Part shown: positions 23,047 through 35,449 of the stretch, in pieces
Numbering within the stretch: the first letter of the stretch is position 1
Layout: the number at the start of each line of letters is the position of its first letter
Assembly (NCBI GenBank): GCA_013239625.1
Contig: MU054049.1
Location: 1,005,015-1,069,014 of the forward strand
Source of the DNA: Lama guanicoe
Taxonomy: Eukaryota
Length of the DNA stretch: 64,000 nucleotides
Direction of reading: 5' to 3'
Position numbers and translations under genes: made by a program
The notes under the pieces: generated by a model
Told to the model about the DNA's origin: nothing
Databases searched by the model: none
What the model saw: only the letters and a program-made list of their open reading frames with translations

Positions 23047-26000
23047 TGGGCAAATCTGAAATTCAGAAGGTTGTCACATGGACTATCTTTGAATTAACCT
23101 GTAGTAAATTCAGCATGATGTTCATGGGCAAGAGAGAAAGGATTTTCGCAAGAGAGAAAGGATTTTCCCAAGAGATGAATATGCATTTTAAGAGAGATGT
23201 TAGGTGGCCTAAATTTGGGGGGAAATTAAGACACATGAGAAGTTCTAAAATTGAAGGAGCAAGAAGACCCAGAGGCTGGTGAGATGCTGATAATCCATCC
23301 TCCCTGGTGTGGCAGGAGGGCAGAAAGACAGCCTATGCCAGCAAACAGAGAGAGGAGGGGGCGGGAGGGACAGACCACTGAAAACCAGGGAGAAGAGAAG
23401 AGTGATTCCGAAAAGCTGCAAACACTTACTTTATGGGAAGCCACAAAGCTGTGTTGTCGGAGAACCCATTAGTGTCCGGCGGTAGGAAGAGTCCTGTGAG
23501 CCGGTAATGAAATGGGACTATCTGTTAGAGGAGTGAAACCCCTCAGAAGCAAATGAAAGTATAATTTTGAAAAAAGTCTTTGAAAAGTGTAAATCCCTTT
23601 CACTGTTGTGAGCGTTGTCACTAAGACCTTCTGCTCAGGGGAATCTTGGTTTTCTTAATTACAGTGGCCAGGCTGCCAGTGACACTTTCTCCTGATGATT
23701 TTCCCGAGGTAACTGACCCTAAAAATAAATGCCGCTCTCCCTAGCCTGGCCTTAGGGTCCTGGACTAGGATTATTTCCAGAAGGGACTTCCATTATGCTC
23801 TGGTTGTGGTGCTATTTGGAGGCAAGGAAGAGAAAAATGATGAAGTCCAAAATTTTATTTCTTAAACCTCTGAGTTTTGTTGTTCACTTCAATCAAAAGT
23901 GAAGTCTGTAGATTACGTATCGTAGCCCTAGGTCAGGCAGGCAGCTGTGTTCCAACAACCACATGCAGAGTGCAGCTTCCCTCGGCAGCAAAGCATCCTG
24001 GTGATGGAGGTGAGGACGCAGCACTGTAGGGTCACAGAAATGCAGCCAGGTGTGTGCGTACGTATGCGCATACATGTGTGGGTGAATGAGCTCTTTAGGT
24101 TTTCTTCCTGTGGTCTGGGCACTCAACCAGGGTGCTCCCTCTCCATTTCTGTCTTCCTGTGACACACACACACCATTCTTAAAACAACTGATGTCAGAAC
24201 CTGTCCATCATATCAATAAGAAGTGAACAGAGAGGAGGAGGTTTGAACCCAAAACTCCACACAGCAACTGACGTTGGCCGGTAGGTCCCGGCAACAGAGG
24301 ATTTGAAATAGCAACCCGGTCACCAACACAACGGTGTTCTCCAGATTAAGGCAGGAAGGACGATATCAGGCTGAGGGAGACAGTGGCTTTTCTTTTTTCC
24401 ATTTTAGGGGAGTCGTAAATGTTACTAGACTATCACGAGTCCTTGTTACAGGAGTTTGAAAAATAGAAACTAAATGAACAAAGCAAACACTGATACCTTT
24501 AATGATGTTTCTTTACCAAGTGCATCATCTGTGAGACAGCTTTATCTTCATAATAGAAGGATAATTAACATCACTAATTATCTAATTAAGTTCATTAAGC
24601 ATCCACCAACAGTGCACCATGAAGTTGACATTATGTTCTACTGTCAACAAATGCTTTTGATTTCTTAGGAAGTAATTAAAATGTAAATTAGCATGCGAAT
24701 ATATGCACAGGGGAAGTTTTGAATCAGATATTCATTTCAAAACTGCTTAGGGCAACATAGCTCTGATTTTTTCCTTCAGTAAAGTAGACATTTTGCTATT
24801 AATGGTGTATATTAAAGTTGCCATTTGTTCAGTGTTTGAATCGTCGCGTGGTCACAGTGCTGTATGACAGTGCTTCGTTGATAGCTTTCCTCCTGTGCTT
24901 TGTGCTTTTGCATCTATTTGATCATTTTATTTGATGTTTGTTTATGTTTCCGTCCTTTGTGTTTTAAAAGGATCACAACCAAAAAAAAAAAAAAAAATAT
25001 AATCAATGATTTGCTCAAGAGCAGGTGACCCATGGGCCCTCACACACACAGGAAGGAAGGAAGGATGCTGCCTGGATCAGACTTGTGGTCCAGCTGTCCT
25101 TGTTTGCAGACTCACATTTTTCTGCTTTCTTAGGGCAGCCCCTTGGTTTCTGATAAACTATCCTAACTAGAATGGGCACGTTGTAGTGCTGGATACAGTA
25201 ACCTCGTCAGATGAGGACCCTTCCTGAAACATCACAGAGTCTCTAGACATTTGCTGGAAAAGAGAGGCTCCCAAGACAGAAGCCACCATGCCCAAAGCCC
25301 CAAAGCTTTCCTTCTTCAAACAATCCTGATGGAATCCTGGAATGTCCATCCTTCTAGGAAAACCCACAGTTTTCTGCGAGCTCCATGCACCTGCTGCCAC
25401 CTCCGCCATCTTCTCCCCTGAAGACACTGGGCATTTGGTGCATCTAGCTGATGTCACTTGTTCAGCGAGGAAGAAGGGGCTCTGCTTGCTTTATTAAACC
25501 TCCTCAATCACTTCTTGAATGATGTTTTTCGAGGATGGATTTAGACAGTGCCAGATCCAGGCCTCTCCATTATGTGGGAATAAGATTTCGGATAAATGCA
25601 GAGAGAACATGATGACCTAAGAGAGACTGTCTCTTGTCCTCTTGAGATCATTGTCAGGGCTTGGCCATGAGTAGAGCCCGCTGAGTCACTAGCTCCTCAT
25701 TGCTGTGGATACAGACAGCCCCATAGTCCAAGCAGAGAGAGGCTGGTGTCCTGGGGCGGGCAGGGCAGACATCACTGCACAGTGACTGGTGGTGGATGTT
25801 AGCCAGCTGGACCGTGGTAAGCAGTGGCACCACGCCAAGGAACTCACCCGCATGGGACCAGGGCTCCACGTAGAAATGGACACTTTGGGGGTGGGCCCTA
25901 CTTCTGTCTGAGCTCTGCTGGCAAGTGCTGGGCATGGTGTGGTCTGCGTCCACCCTGAAGATGGGTGCAGTTGTTCTCATTTGCCCTGGCAGAGGACGCT

Positions 26001-29000
26001 CCTTTTTCTAATCCATGCAAAGGGCGGTGGCTATGCTAGCAGAGACCCTGACCTGACCAGGGGATCCCTCTGCTAAAATCACATTACAGTGACCTTCTCC
26101 TAACGTGCAGCAGGCGCCCACCTCAGCTAGCAGATAGAATTTCCCTATCAGAATTTTCTTCTCAACTGTTAACTCTTAAAACTTAACTGATCTGCTACAT
26201 CATGACTTACTGAGAATACAGAGTCCACACAATGAACGGCAGTAACTCGCTTTGTCCCACGGCTGGCTCGTGGTCCTGCCTCCTGCTAGCCACCGTAAGT
26301 AGCCCTAAGGGATGGATGGCTCTGTCCCGGTGCTCTGACACCTCAGAGTGGCCCAGAGCCACCTCTGTGAGCACGGGTTTTGGTCATTCAGCCTCACAAG
26401 AAATGAGGTTAAAATTATTCTACTTTTGGCAGCAAGATGATAACTTGAAGCCTCTCCAAGAGAGCAAGTACTGAATGAAATTCCACGAATCAATGGAATA
26501 TTCTCGACGTAAGGTCACTGCCCATTGAAAGGCACATCAAATCTAAATCATATTTTGAAAATTCTGTAGGGATGAATGCTCCGTTCCTTCTCTGGGGACT
26601 TCTACCCAGACAGAAACATCTAGTCTGAAAAGGTTAGAAAAAGTGAACTAGATCTTCTCTATGTCTGGGACTCCTTCTGCTAGTTACTGCCTGATTTTCT
26701 TTCTTTTCTCTTTTATACGACTTTATTTTATTATAAAATCAAGCTAGTTGTGTTTATAGACCGTATGCGACAGCTGTCATTGAGGAATATTTCAAAGTAA
26801 CTTCAAGTCCAAGTCTATAGCTCAGTCCACAAAATTCTAATGCACAAAAATACTCCATCAAACGCAATTTAACCACATATGAATTTATTGAAGACGTAGC
26901 AGTCCTCCCTAGAGACGAATAACACATGGCTTTATATTTTAAAAATCCTTATAGTCTGGTTATTTATTTCTCTAGCTAGATTGTATCTAAGAAGAATTAT
27001 GGTAGGTGGGTTTCTGAAAAAGATGTATATAAATCAATGTTTTGTAAATTAAAACAGATTTGAAATTAATTTAGGAACCTTGGCAACATAAAGAAATTCT
27101 GGATTGAATCCTTCTGAAAACTGAAGATAGCCCTTTACTTTAAAGGCTTATTATACCCAGGAATCTATTTTTTGAGGTTCAGATATTTTTAGATTGTAGT
27201 TCCTAATGTGAGGTACACCTGCATTCCAAAAACTAACATTGTGGGTGGGGGAAGGGGGTCATCATTTCCAGAAATGCTTCAATTCCTAAAAAAAAATACG
27301 ACTTCTGGGTGGGGGAATCTCGTTTTTGTTTGTTTACATGTCTAAATTTGAATATTTAAAACTTAAACGTATTCATCGACGCAAAAGTGCTTTCGAGCTC
27401 ACAATACAGAAATGCCCCAAACTCTAGAAATGATAAAACAGCAGATGGTCGTGGAGTGGAGAATCAGCCTGGGGCCCCCCTGAGGCGCTGCTGTCGTTCA
27501 GCCGCTAGCACCCCCCTGCCCCCCACCGCCCCTACCCCCGCAGATCGGCGGCGAGGCGCCTGCCGCGTGAGTTACAGCCGCTATCTCGCCCTGGGACCCA
27601 TCTATTATGAGAAACCATTTTGGTTAATTAAAAAAGTCTTTCAAAGTCTCAGAACAGGAAGTTCTGAAATTTTCTTCTCTTCGCGGTGGGGGCTGGTGGT
27701 GCCCACTTGGCTCCGGGCCTGGCACAGAAGGGGAGAGAGCCTGAATGTGGAGGAGGAAGCAGAGACAGCAGGAGAGAGCGTGACAGGCCGGTCCTGGGTG
27801 GCCTGGGGTCTGGCTCAGGGGTCCTGGGGTGCTAGTTTATCTACCAGCGCCACTTGGAGTGAGAGAGGGAGGAGCCTTGAGTAAAGCAGAGGGCAGTGGA
27901 AGGAGTGGGTGTCGGATGGATTCTTGCAAACGGTTCCTGACTCACGGGCGTCTATGTCTGGGACCCGATGTAAGGGCTGGGGGGGACACGTGAGGCTCCT
28001 GGACTGTAAGCAAAAGGGTATAGATGAGAAATATTAGATAGTGTGACGTAATCTGAAAGAAAGAGATGGTATGAGGGAAACTGACTCGTGATCACCAGAA
28101 ACGGGATGTGGTAATAAAGCTGAGGAAACAGTAGCCGTTGAACATCTGGGGAATGAGAACTTCTGAAAAGGACTCAGCTAGTGCCAAGGCCCAGTGGTGG
28201 GAACGAGTTTGTAGGTTTGACAACAGAGAGAGGTCCATATAAGTGAAGTGCAGAGATCAAATGGGGGAGTGGTCCAGGAGGAGGGTGGCAGGGGCCAGTT
28301 GCTAAGCATTCTTCCAAGTTCTCTAGGGGATCAGAAAACAACGATGTCTGTGACTCCATCTGCATTATGTACTTGTGTGTCTGTCTCTCTCTCTCATCTA
28401 CTAAACACCCATTTCTGCTCTGAACAGCCCCTCCTTCAACATTCCATGCATGTTCATTGATTTCCTACCATATTCCAAGCACTTGGGTTAAGGCTGGGAG
28501 ATACTGACAAAGAAAGGGCACAGTCCCTGAACTGCGAGGGTGGGCGAGATAATTACATTGTTAACAAGCTGAGCTTGAGCTGAGACCTGGGGGAGGAGGA
28601 GTAAGCGGAGGAGGAAGGACAGGCGGGAAGATTGGTGCTGAGGGGGCCCCCTCCAGGTACAAAGGAACAGTTGTAACCTTGTGGATCAACTGCTAGCTTG
28701 GTATCACTGGAGTATCCTATCCTGTATACATTAATCTCACATATTTATTTATAGTCTGACACAATCCCCTGAGGATTTATGATATCTTTAGATGAGGATG
28801 CATGTAATAAAATGAAGAAATGAGATCAGGAAAAATAGAACTAAAAAAAGAAAGTCAATTCCTGGGGAATTAAGATCATAAATATGCAGTCCATAAAGAC
28901 TTACAGCCAAACATCCACTCCATGCCTGAGCTTTCCGGCTGCCGTTGTAGAGTGGTAGCCAAGATAGTTTATATGTTTATTCTTCACCCATCAGTTGTGC

Positions 29001-29880
29001 TTCCACCAAGAGGCAGAAGCACTGGAGAACAAGGACACAGGGAGAACAAAGCAGGTGGTCATACTCTGACCCTTCACGCCTTCATGCCACCCTCACTGTG
29101 AATTTTTAAATATCAGGTCTGATCATATCCCTGATTATAAACCATCATTTGTTCCCACACTATCCAGGGGAGGACTCGGACCCACGACCATGGTGCAAGA
29201 AGCCTGACTCTCACTTTTTCTAAGTTCATCTCCTGCAACAGTCTTGCACAGAGGCTTTGCTCCCACCAGGCCCATTCTGATATTTTATCACAATGCAGCC
29301 TCTCTTCTCCCATCTCTACCTCTGGGCAAATGTGGTCCCATCTGCTTGGAAGAGCCTCCCCATCCTAGCAGACCAAAGGGCTTCTGAAAGCCCTTTCCAG
29401 CCTGGCTGTGACCCTGTGTGGCCACAGTGATCTATTCTGCACTCACAATGGCCGTATCTCGGAGGGCCCAGCCTAAAGGAGAGGGAAGGACTGGTGCTGA
29501 TGGTGTTCCCTGTGGGTCACATGCAGCCCAACAGTGGGCACCAACTGGCAAGTCCAGTCGAGGCCTCCAAGAGAGCCGAGGCGAGCAGGTGTGTGCAGCA
29601 TCCTGCAGCCCAGGGATGTGGGCAGAGTTTTCCTCCAGAAGGTGCTGGTGTGGGCTCAGATCGCAGCCGGTACTGTCCTGAGAGCTTGGGCTAAGGGTTC
29701 TGCTCTAGCTGTGGGCAGTAGACGGGGTGGTCCTGGCCAAAATGTCCTTGTCTCTCTCCTTAAAGCCTAAAGAAGGAATCCTCCCTGTAAACTCCAGTCC
29801 CCATTTGTGACCTCTGTTTGAAATGCCAGTTGCAGCGTCCAGGCTCCTCAGTGTTAGGCGTTCTTTGGAGTCAGGGAAGC

Positions 29881-30245
29881 TGTGTTCTTTTGCCAAGGCT
29901 GCCTTAACAAAGTACCACGGCCTAGGCTGTCAGCAACAGCTGTTTATTTCTCTCATATTTCTGGACATTGGAAATCCGAGATCAAGGTGTTGGCAGGTTT
30001 GGTGACTCCTGAGGCCTTGCTCCTTGGCTTGTCGATGGCCATCTTCTCCCTGAGGGCATCCTGGGGACCTCTTCCTCTTCTTAGGTGGACACTGACCAGA
30101 TTGGATTAGTGCCGCTCTAACAGCCTTATTTAATTTAATTACCTCTTTAAAGGTCCTATCTCTAAAAATACTGTCACATTCTGAGGTTCTAGGAGTTAGG
30201 GCTTCAACATACGGATTTGAGGGGAACACAGTTCAGTCCTTAACA
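29881..30245 (-). mobile_element. MLT1B/C-type MaLR solo LTR
   Basis: ggctgccttaacaaagtaccac...aaatccgagatcaaggtgttggcagg...ggggaacacagttcagtccttaaca. Confidence 0.85.
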
Positions 30246-32439
30246 GCAACCTTGAGTCTCAATACATGTTCAGGGGAAAATGTTTCCATGGGTTGCAGTC
30301 CCCGGGGATAGATGCTCACATTCATCTCTCATCCAGGCCCCTTCTCATAATTCCTGACCTTCTGCCACTGCCTGAGGAAGTGCAGGTCTCCGTGAGCCTC
30401 ACCTCCGAAGATGAAGGTGATGAAAACATGGGAAGACATGGTTGAGTTCAGGAGTAGTCAGTGTGGTGACACTACCCATCCATCTAAGTCTCGGGGAGGC
30501 CCTAAGGCCCAAGCAGGGGACAGAAGGAGGGAACATGGCTTCCTTGAGAAGGCTTGGCACCTGCAGTTCCAAAGCTTTTGTCCTCTGCCACACTGGAGTG
30601 TTTTTTTTTTTTAAGTAGTTATTCTCTATGTACTCATGACGATTGAATTTAATAAAAACATCACAGTTCAAACAAGACAAATCAGAAACCACCGTTCATC
30701 TTTGAAATTAATATGTGAGTGAATTTAACAAGAGATGAATTGCGCTGTGGTGATCTGGTCCCTCTTCACCCACTCCGAGCACCAGTTGTTTGTCATTATT
30801 GCTGAAAATACGATTATTACTCTGGTATTGCTTAACATTTATTAAGAATCTAGGGGCTATGTCTCTGTAGTAGAGAGAAGTGCAATTATGTGGGCAGTTG
30901 GAGAAAAGAGATTTCTTGGCCTGAGTCGTCCAAATAGACATCCTCCAAAGACATCTGGACCACGGCTTGATGCAGACCCAAGCTGTTCTGTCCCTTGGTG
31001 CCTGTTTGCCTTCTTTGTAGCCAACTGCTGACATTTTGTGGGTGTACTTGTAGATATTACACAAGGTTTACAAACAAACAAAGAAAACATCGAATTGTTT
31101 TCTCATTAACTGCTTCTGTCATTCCACTAAGAACTTACATTTGAAGGCAGATATATCATCCTTAGGTAGAGAAGGCATAACACAGTAACTGCATAGCTAA
31201 TCTGTTTAGTGAATGTTTCACAACCAGGAAGATACTGAATTTCAGATGGGTTTAAGTATAGAAGTGGGAGCGAGGGCCAGAACTGCCCAGCTCCTGACCC
31301 TTGTCCTTTACAGACCTGGAAGTCTTGTCACCTGGCCCTGTTGGGTCTCATTAATTGTGACCATGGCAAGTGTTTTCACTCCAGGCAGGAAATGACCAGC
31401 TGCAGAGAATCTGGCTCTCAGACTTTTATCTGTCATAGTCCCTGTTTGCCAGGCTCTTGGGGGAAGAGCTGGACAATGTCCTCAGGGAGCTTATTCTAGT
31501 AGGGGAGTCTGTGGGGAACCCAGGCACTGTCACATGGAGCGCTGTCTTTGCAGGGTTTATGTACCATGGAGCCCCGAGGAGGCATGCTGGGAAAAAGAAA
31601 AGCATTAATGATGATCACTGGTTACATGATCATGACAAGGGCCTGCCCAGGCACGGTTTCCTTGGTTGCTCACTGCCACCCAACTACATGGCACTGTTAA
31701 TCCAATCCCTCATCCTCTCAGCCTGCCCCTGCAAGAGGAGAGACGGCCAGTGAGTGACCAGTGTGACCAATGAGAACGTGGGATCTAGGGTGGAGGTAAT
31801 CTCTTCCATATCTGTGGTTTACTCTTGCCTTGGTGAATGAGAAATTACCTGAGTTTAACTTGAACCTGTCACGTTTCTTTGGCCAGGGAAAGTCAGAGGC
31901 TGCAGGAATCTAGATTTAATACTAGAATCAAACAGCATGGCTACTATGTTTTCTTTGTGGAATTATTAGTGCACATTTAGAAATCTTAACAAATTATAAA
32001 GAAAACTGCCTACAGTGGAGTTGTGTTATATGGAGTTAGGTTTTAAAATCCATTGATAAAGTGGAAATCAAGTTGTCAACAATACTTTTAAAATTGCCTT
32101 AAATTATTCATAGAGAATAATTGTGGTTTTGTGAATTCTGTACTATCCTTCTGTACATCCACCAGGCAGCTTTCCCATCATTTGGGGGCATGAATTACTG
32201 TTTCTCTGTTAAGTGTCCAAAGGAATGGTTGGCTTGTGCAGTTTGGCAGGGGGCAAGATTTACCAAAAATTACTTGTCTTCAAGCACGAGAATTACACTC
32301 AGTACAATGAGTTGTTTACACCCAAGAGAAACATGGAACCATGTCCAATTGAAAAGGCAGTGACTCATCTCTTCCACGACTGATGATGATCAGTTTCATC
32401 ATGGGGCTTGGGTGGAAGGGTTGTGACAATTCCACTGTA

Positions 32440-33245
32440 TTTTTAATACACTTCTATTTTGAAATATTTTCAGTTCATATTCAGTACTGCCTATGCCCCT
32501 CACCCAGTTTCCCCTGTTAAATTGTACATTACGATGGTATATTCATCAAAGCTAACATTGGTACGTTACTAGTAACTAATCTCCAGTCTTATTTTGCTTT
32601 CACCAGTTTTCCCACTAATCCAGGATCCAGTCTAGGGCATCACATTACATTTAGTTACCATGTCTTCTTTGTCTCCTCTAGACTGTGACAGTTTCTCAGA
32701 CTTCCCTTGTTTCCATGACCTTGACAGTTGGGAGGAGTGGTAGGTCAGATGTTTTGTAGAACATGCCTCAGTTTGGGTCTGCTTACTGTTTTTCTCATAA
32801 TTAGCCTGGGGTTATGGATTTTTGGAAGGAAGACCACAGAGGAGAAGAGCCCTTACATCGTATCAGGTCAGGGGTACATGATGCCCACATAACATTAGCA
32901 CTGGTGATGTCTGTTTCATCACATGGTCATGGTGGTGTCGGCCAGATTTCTCCAGTGTTAAGTTACTATTTTTCTCTTTTTGTACTCGATTTTGTGGAAG
33001 CAAATTATTAAGTCCAGTTCACCCTTCTGACAGGGTGAGTAATTAAGTCCTGCCTCCTGACGAGGGAAATAAATACATTATTTGAAGTTCTTCTGTAGGG
33101 AAGGTTTCTCTCTTTCCTCCATTAATTAATTTATTCAATCTTTTATTTATATCAGTAGGGATTCATCCATATTTATTTTATAATTTGGGCTATAATCCAC
33201 TAAGCCTGTTATTTCTCTTACTGCTCAACTTGTTCTAGCTTTTTG
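32440..33245 (-). mobile_element. L1MC-type 3' UTR fragment
   Basis: cccctcacccagtttcccc...ccaggatccagtctagg...cacattacatttagtt...ccatgaccttgacagt. Confidence 0.8.
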
Positions 33246-33385
33246 TTCATAGTATTTGACTGATCTCACACTTGCTTTCACTGAGGCTGTCTTGATCTTT
33301 TTTTCACTGATTGCAAATATGAATCTGTATAAATTTTATGTGTTTTAGTGCAATTCCACTCTCACCCTTCCTATCATGTTTGGTG

Positions 33386-33750
33386 TGTGTATTAATCAGG
33401 AAAAGTTCAGTTATGTTGCAGTAACAAACATCTCCAAATCTAATTTCCTTAAAAGAGCAAAGGTCTATTTCTCACGTGTGCTACATGTGCACTGTGAGCT
33501 GATTGGAAGTCTCCTGGGCCTTAACCTCACCCGGTGACAAAATCTCGCTGAGCCACTGCCACCTAGAACTTTGAGCACTGCCATGACCATTCAAAAAGAG
33601 CTTAGCAAATTGAGCAGGAGCCCTCAAAGCTCCAGCATGCTTCTCCCTGGCTTCACCTGGCTCAAAGGCAGCCTGAAGTGTGATCGTGCCATGAATTTAC
33701 AAAAGGAGAGAACTGGAAATATTTGGCAAACAGCACTAATGACCAGCACC
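33386..33750 (-). mobile_element. MLT1J-like MaLR LTR
   Basis: ttatgttgcagtaacaaacatctccaaatct...gagaactggaaatatttggcaaacagcactaatgac. Confidence 0.65.
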
Positions 33751-33893
33751 CTGTACTTTCTTTCAGTTTTTCTTTTTCATGCCAATCTATAGACATTTAA
33801 TTGTTATTTGTTAACATACTATTTTCTAATCTCCTTTTAAAAATCTCAACACATCAAAAACCTGGTTCCAAGTCATCAGATCTTTTTTGACAC

Positions 33894-34067
33894 CAGGGCT
33901 GCAGTGAATGGTTGTGTATGTTGTACACAAGGGCATCTGGCCAGAAAGACCAAAAAGAAAAAAAATGGCCATTCTTTGTCCCACTATTCAAGCCATCCAG
34001 GCAGATCCAGGGCAGTGTCTGCCCAAAGGGGACACGAAGGTGCCATATGGGCTAGTGGTGGCCTTTG
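33894..34067 (+). mobile_element. MER91A-like hAT DNA transposon
   Basis: cagggctgcagtgaatggttgtg...aaggtgccatatgggctagtggtggcctttg resembles the remembered consensus ends. Confidence 0.7.
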
Positions 34068-35449
34068 GTGATCATAATTCGTGGTGAATGCATGATGCTC
34101 TAGCGTCAGGATGACCCATCCCTCCATGTGTTGATATTTAAATTGTTTCATTTTGTGCTGCTATAAATAAGATGGTGGAAGATGTTTTCCAGTGAATATC
34201 TGTATATATATCTTACGATTTCCTTGGACTAGATGACTAGCAGTGAAAATGCTGACTCGTAATTAAAGTCTCATACATAACATGTCAGCACATGGTAATA
34301 TGTGACATTTCTCACTAGTGGGTTTAGTCCCAGACCCAGCATGTGCGGTGCTTGGCTGAAGAGTCCAGGACCTACAACTGTAACCTTGGTACTAAGCTTC
34401 TGAGCAGGATCTGAGGGGCTGTGTTCAGATATTGCCCTTTCTCCTTTTTGCTAGGCCACATGACTGTGATTACAGGACTAATGATGCTTTACATAAACAC
34501 TGTAATGACTGTCATCAGTGACAGCGGGCACTTCCTGTGGGATAGCTTGGGCAGGAGGGTCACCAGGGTGCCCCTGGCAAAAGTGGGCGCCACCCAGCTG
34601 ACCTCTGCTTACTAAATGGTGACCCTCCCCCCAGGTGGGATGTGTTGCATTCGCCATTCCAAGATCTGATCTGTATCCTGTAGACAAACCTTCCCTAAGG
34701 AGGCACTGGTACAGCAGGGCACAGCCTCTTTAAACCAGATCTGCTCTCCCTCAAATCTCTACATGGCCTTCTGAGGCCTTTGGTTCTACTTCAAAGGTTC
34801 TCATACTCTTTAATACACAGGCAGTTGCTAAGCAAAGGACATTTAGCTCCAATAGTCAGTGCAGAGCTCTGCTCTGAATTTGTCCCCGTACGATGTGCCA
34901 TATTCACTGCTGCCCAGGCAGATGGGCCTCTGCCCTTGAACCGACCCAAATCACCCTCCTCCTGTCTCCCCATCCTGAGTGTGACAGCTTCCCAGGGCAT
35001 GAGAAGTCTCAAAAGGCAATAGTAAAGTAATGTTTGCTTAGCATTGCAGAGACACACAGGGTGGAAACCACGTGGGGGAGACGCACATGGTGGCAGAGTC
35101 CGAGAAGTCATCTTCCGGCACTGCCAACTCTTGTGTTGTTGAGTCACGTATCCTCACTTGCCCTCAGTTTCATCTTCTGTAAAATGGGAATAATCATAAT
35201 ACAGATCTGTCAGGTGGCTAAATAGGAAATGTGATAATGCATAAGGAAACTCCTTTGTCAGCTTGTAGCTGTGTGCAAATAAGTTAGAGCTGTGTGCAGA
35301 TTAGTTAATTGGATGTAAGGCTGAGAGAACGGACAAAGGCATAACAAACATTTGGGCTCTCCATACTCTTATATAACCCTCATATATGACTCTTATATAA
35401 CTCTTATATTAAAGGTACCCTAGGTCAGTTCCCTCTCCCATCCCACTAA

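Noticed and set aside
27387..27884. 165-aa + strand ORF
   Set aside because: GTG start, explained by high GC content; no domain resemblance and no place in the WDFY4 exon chain.
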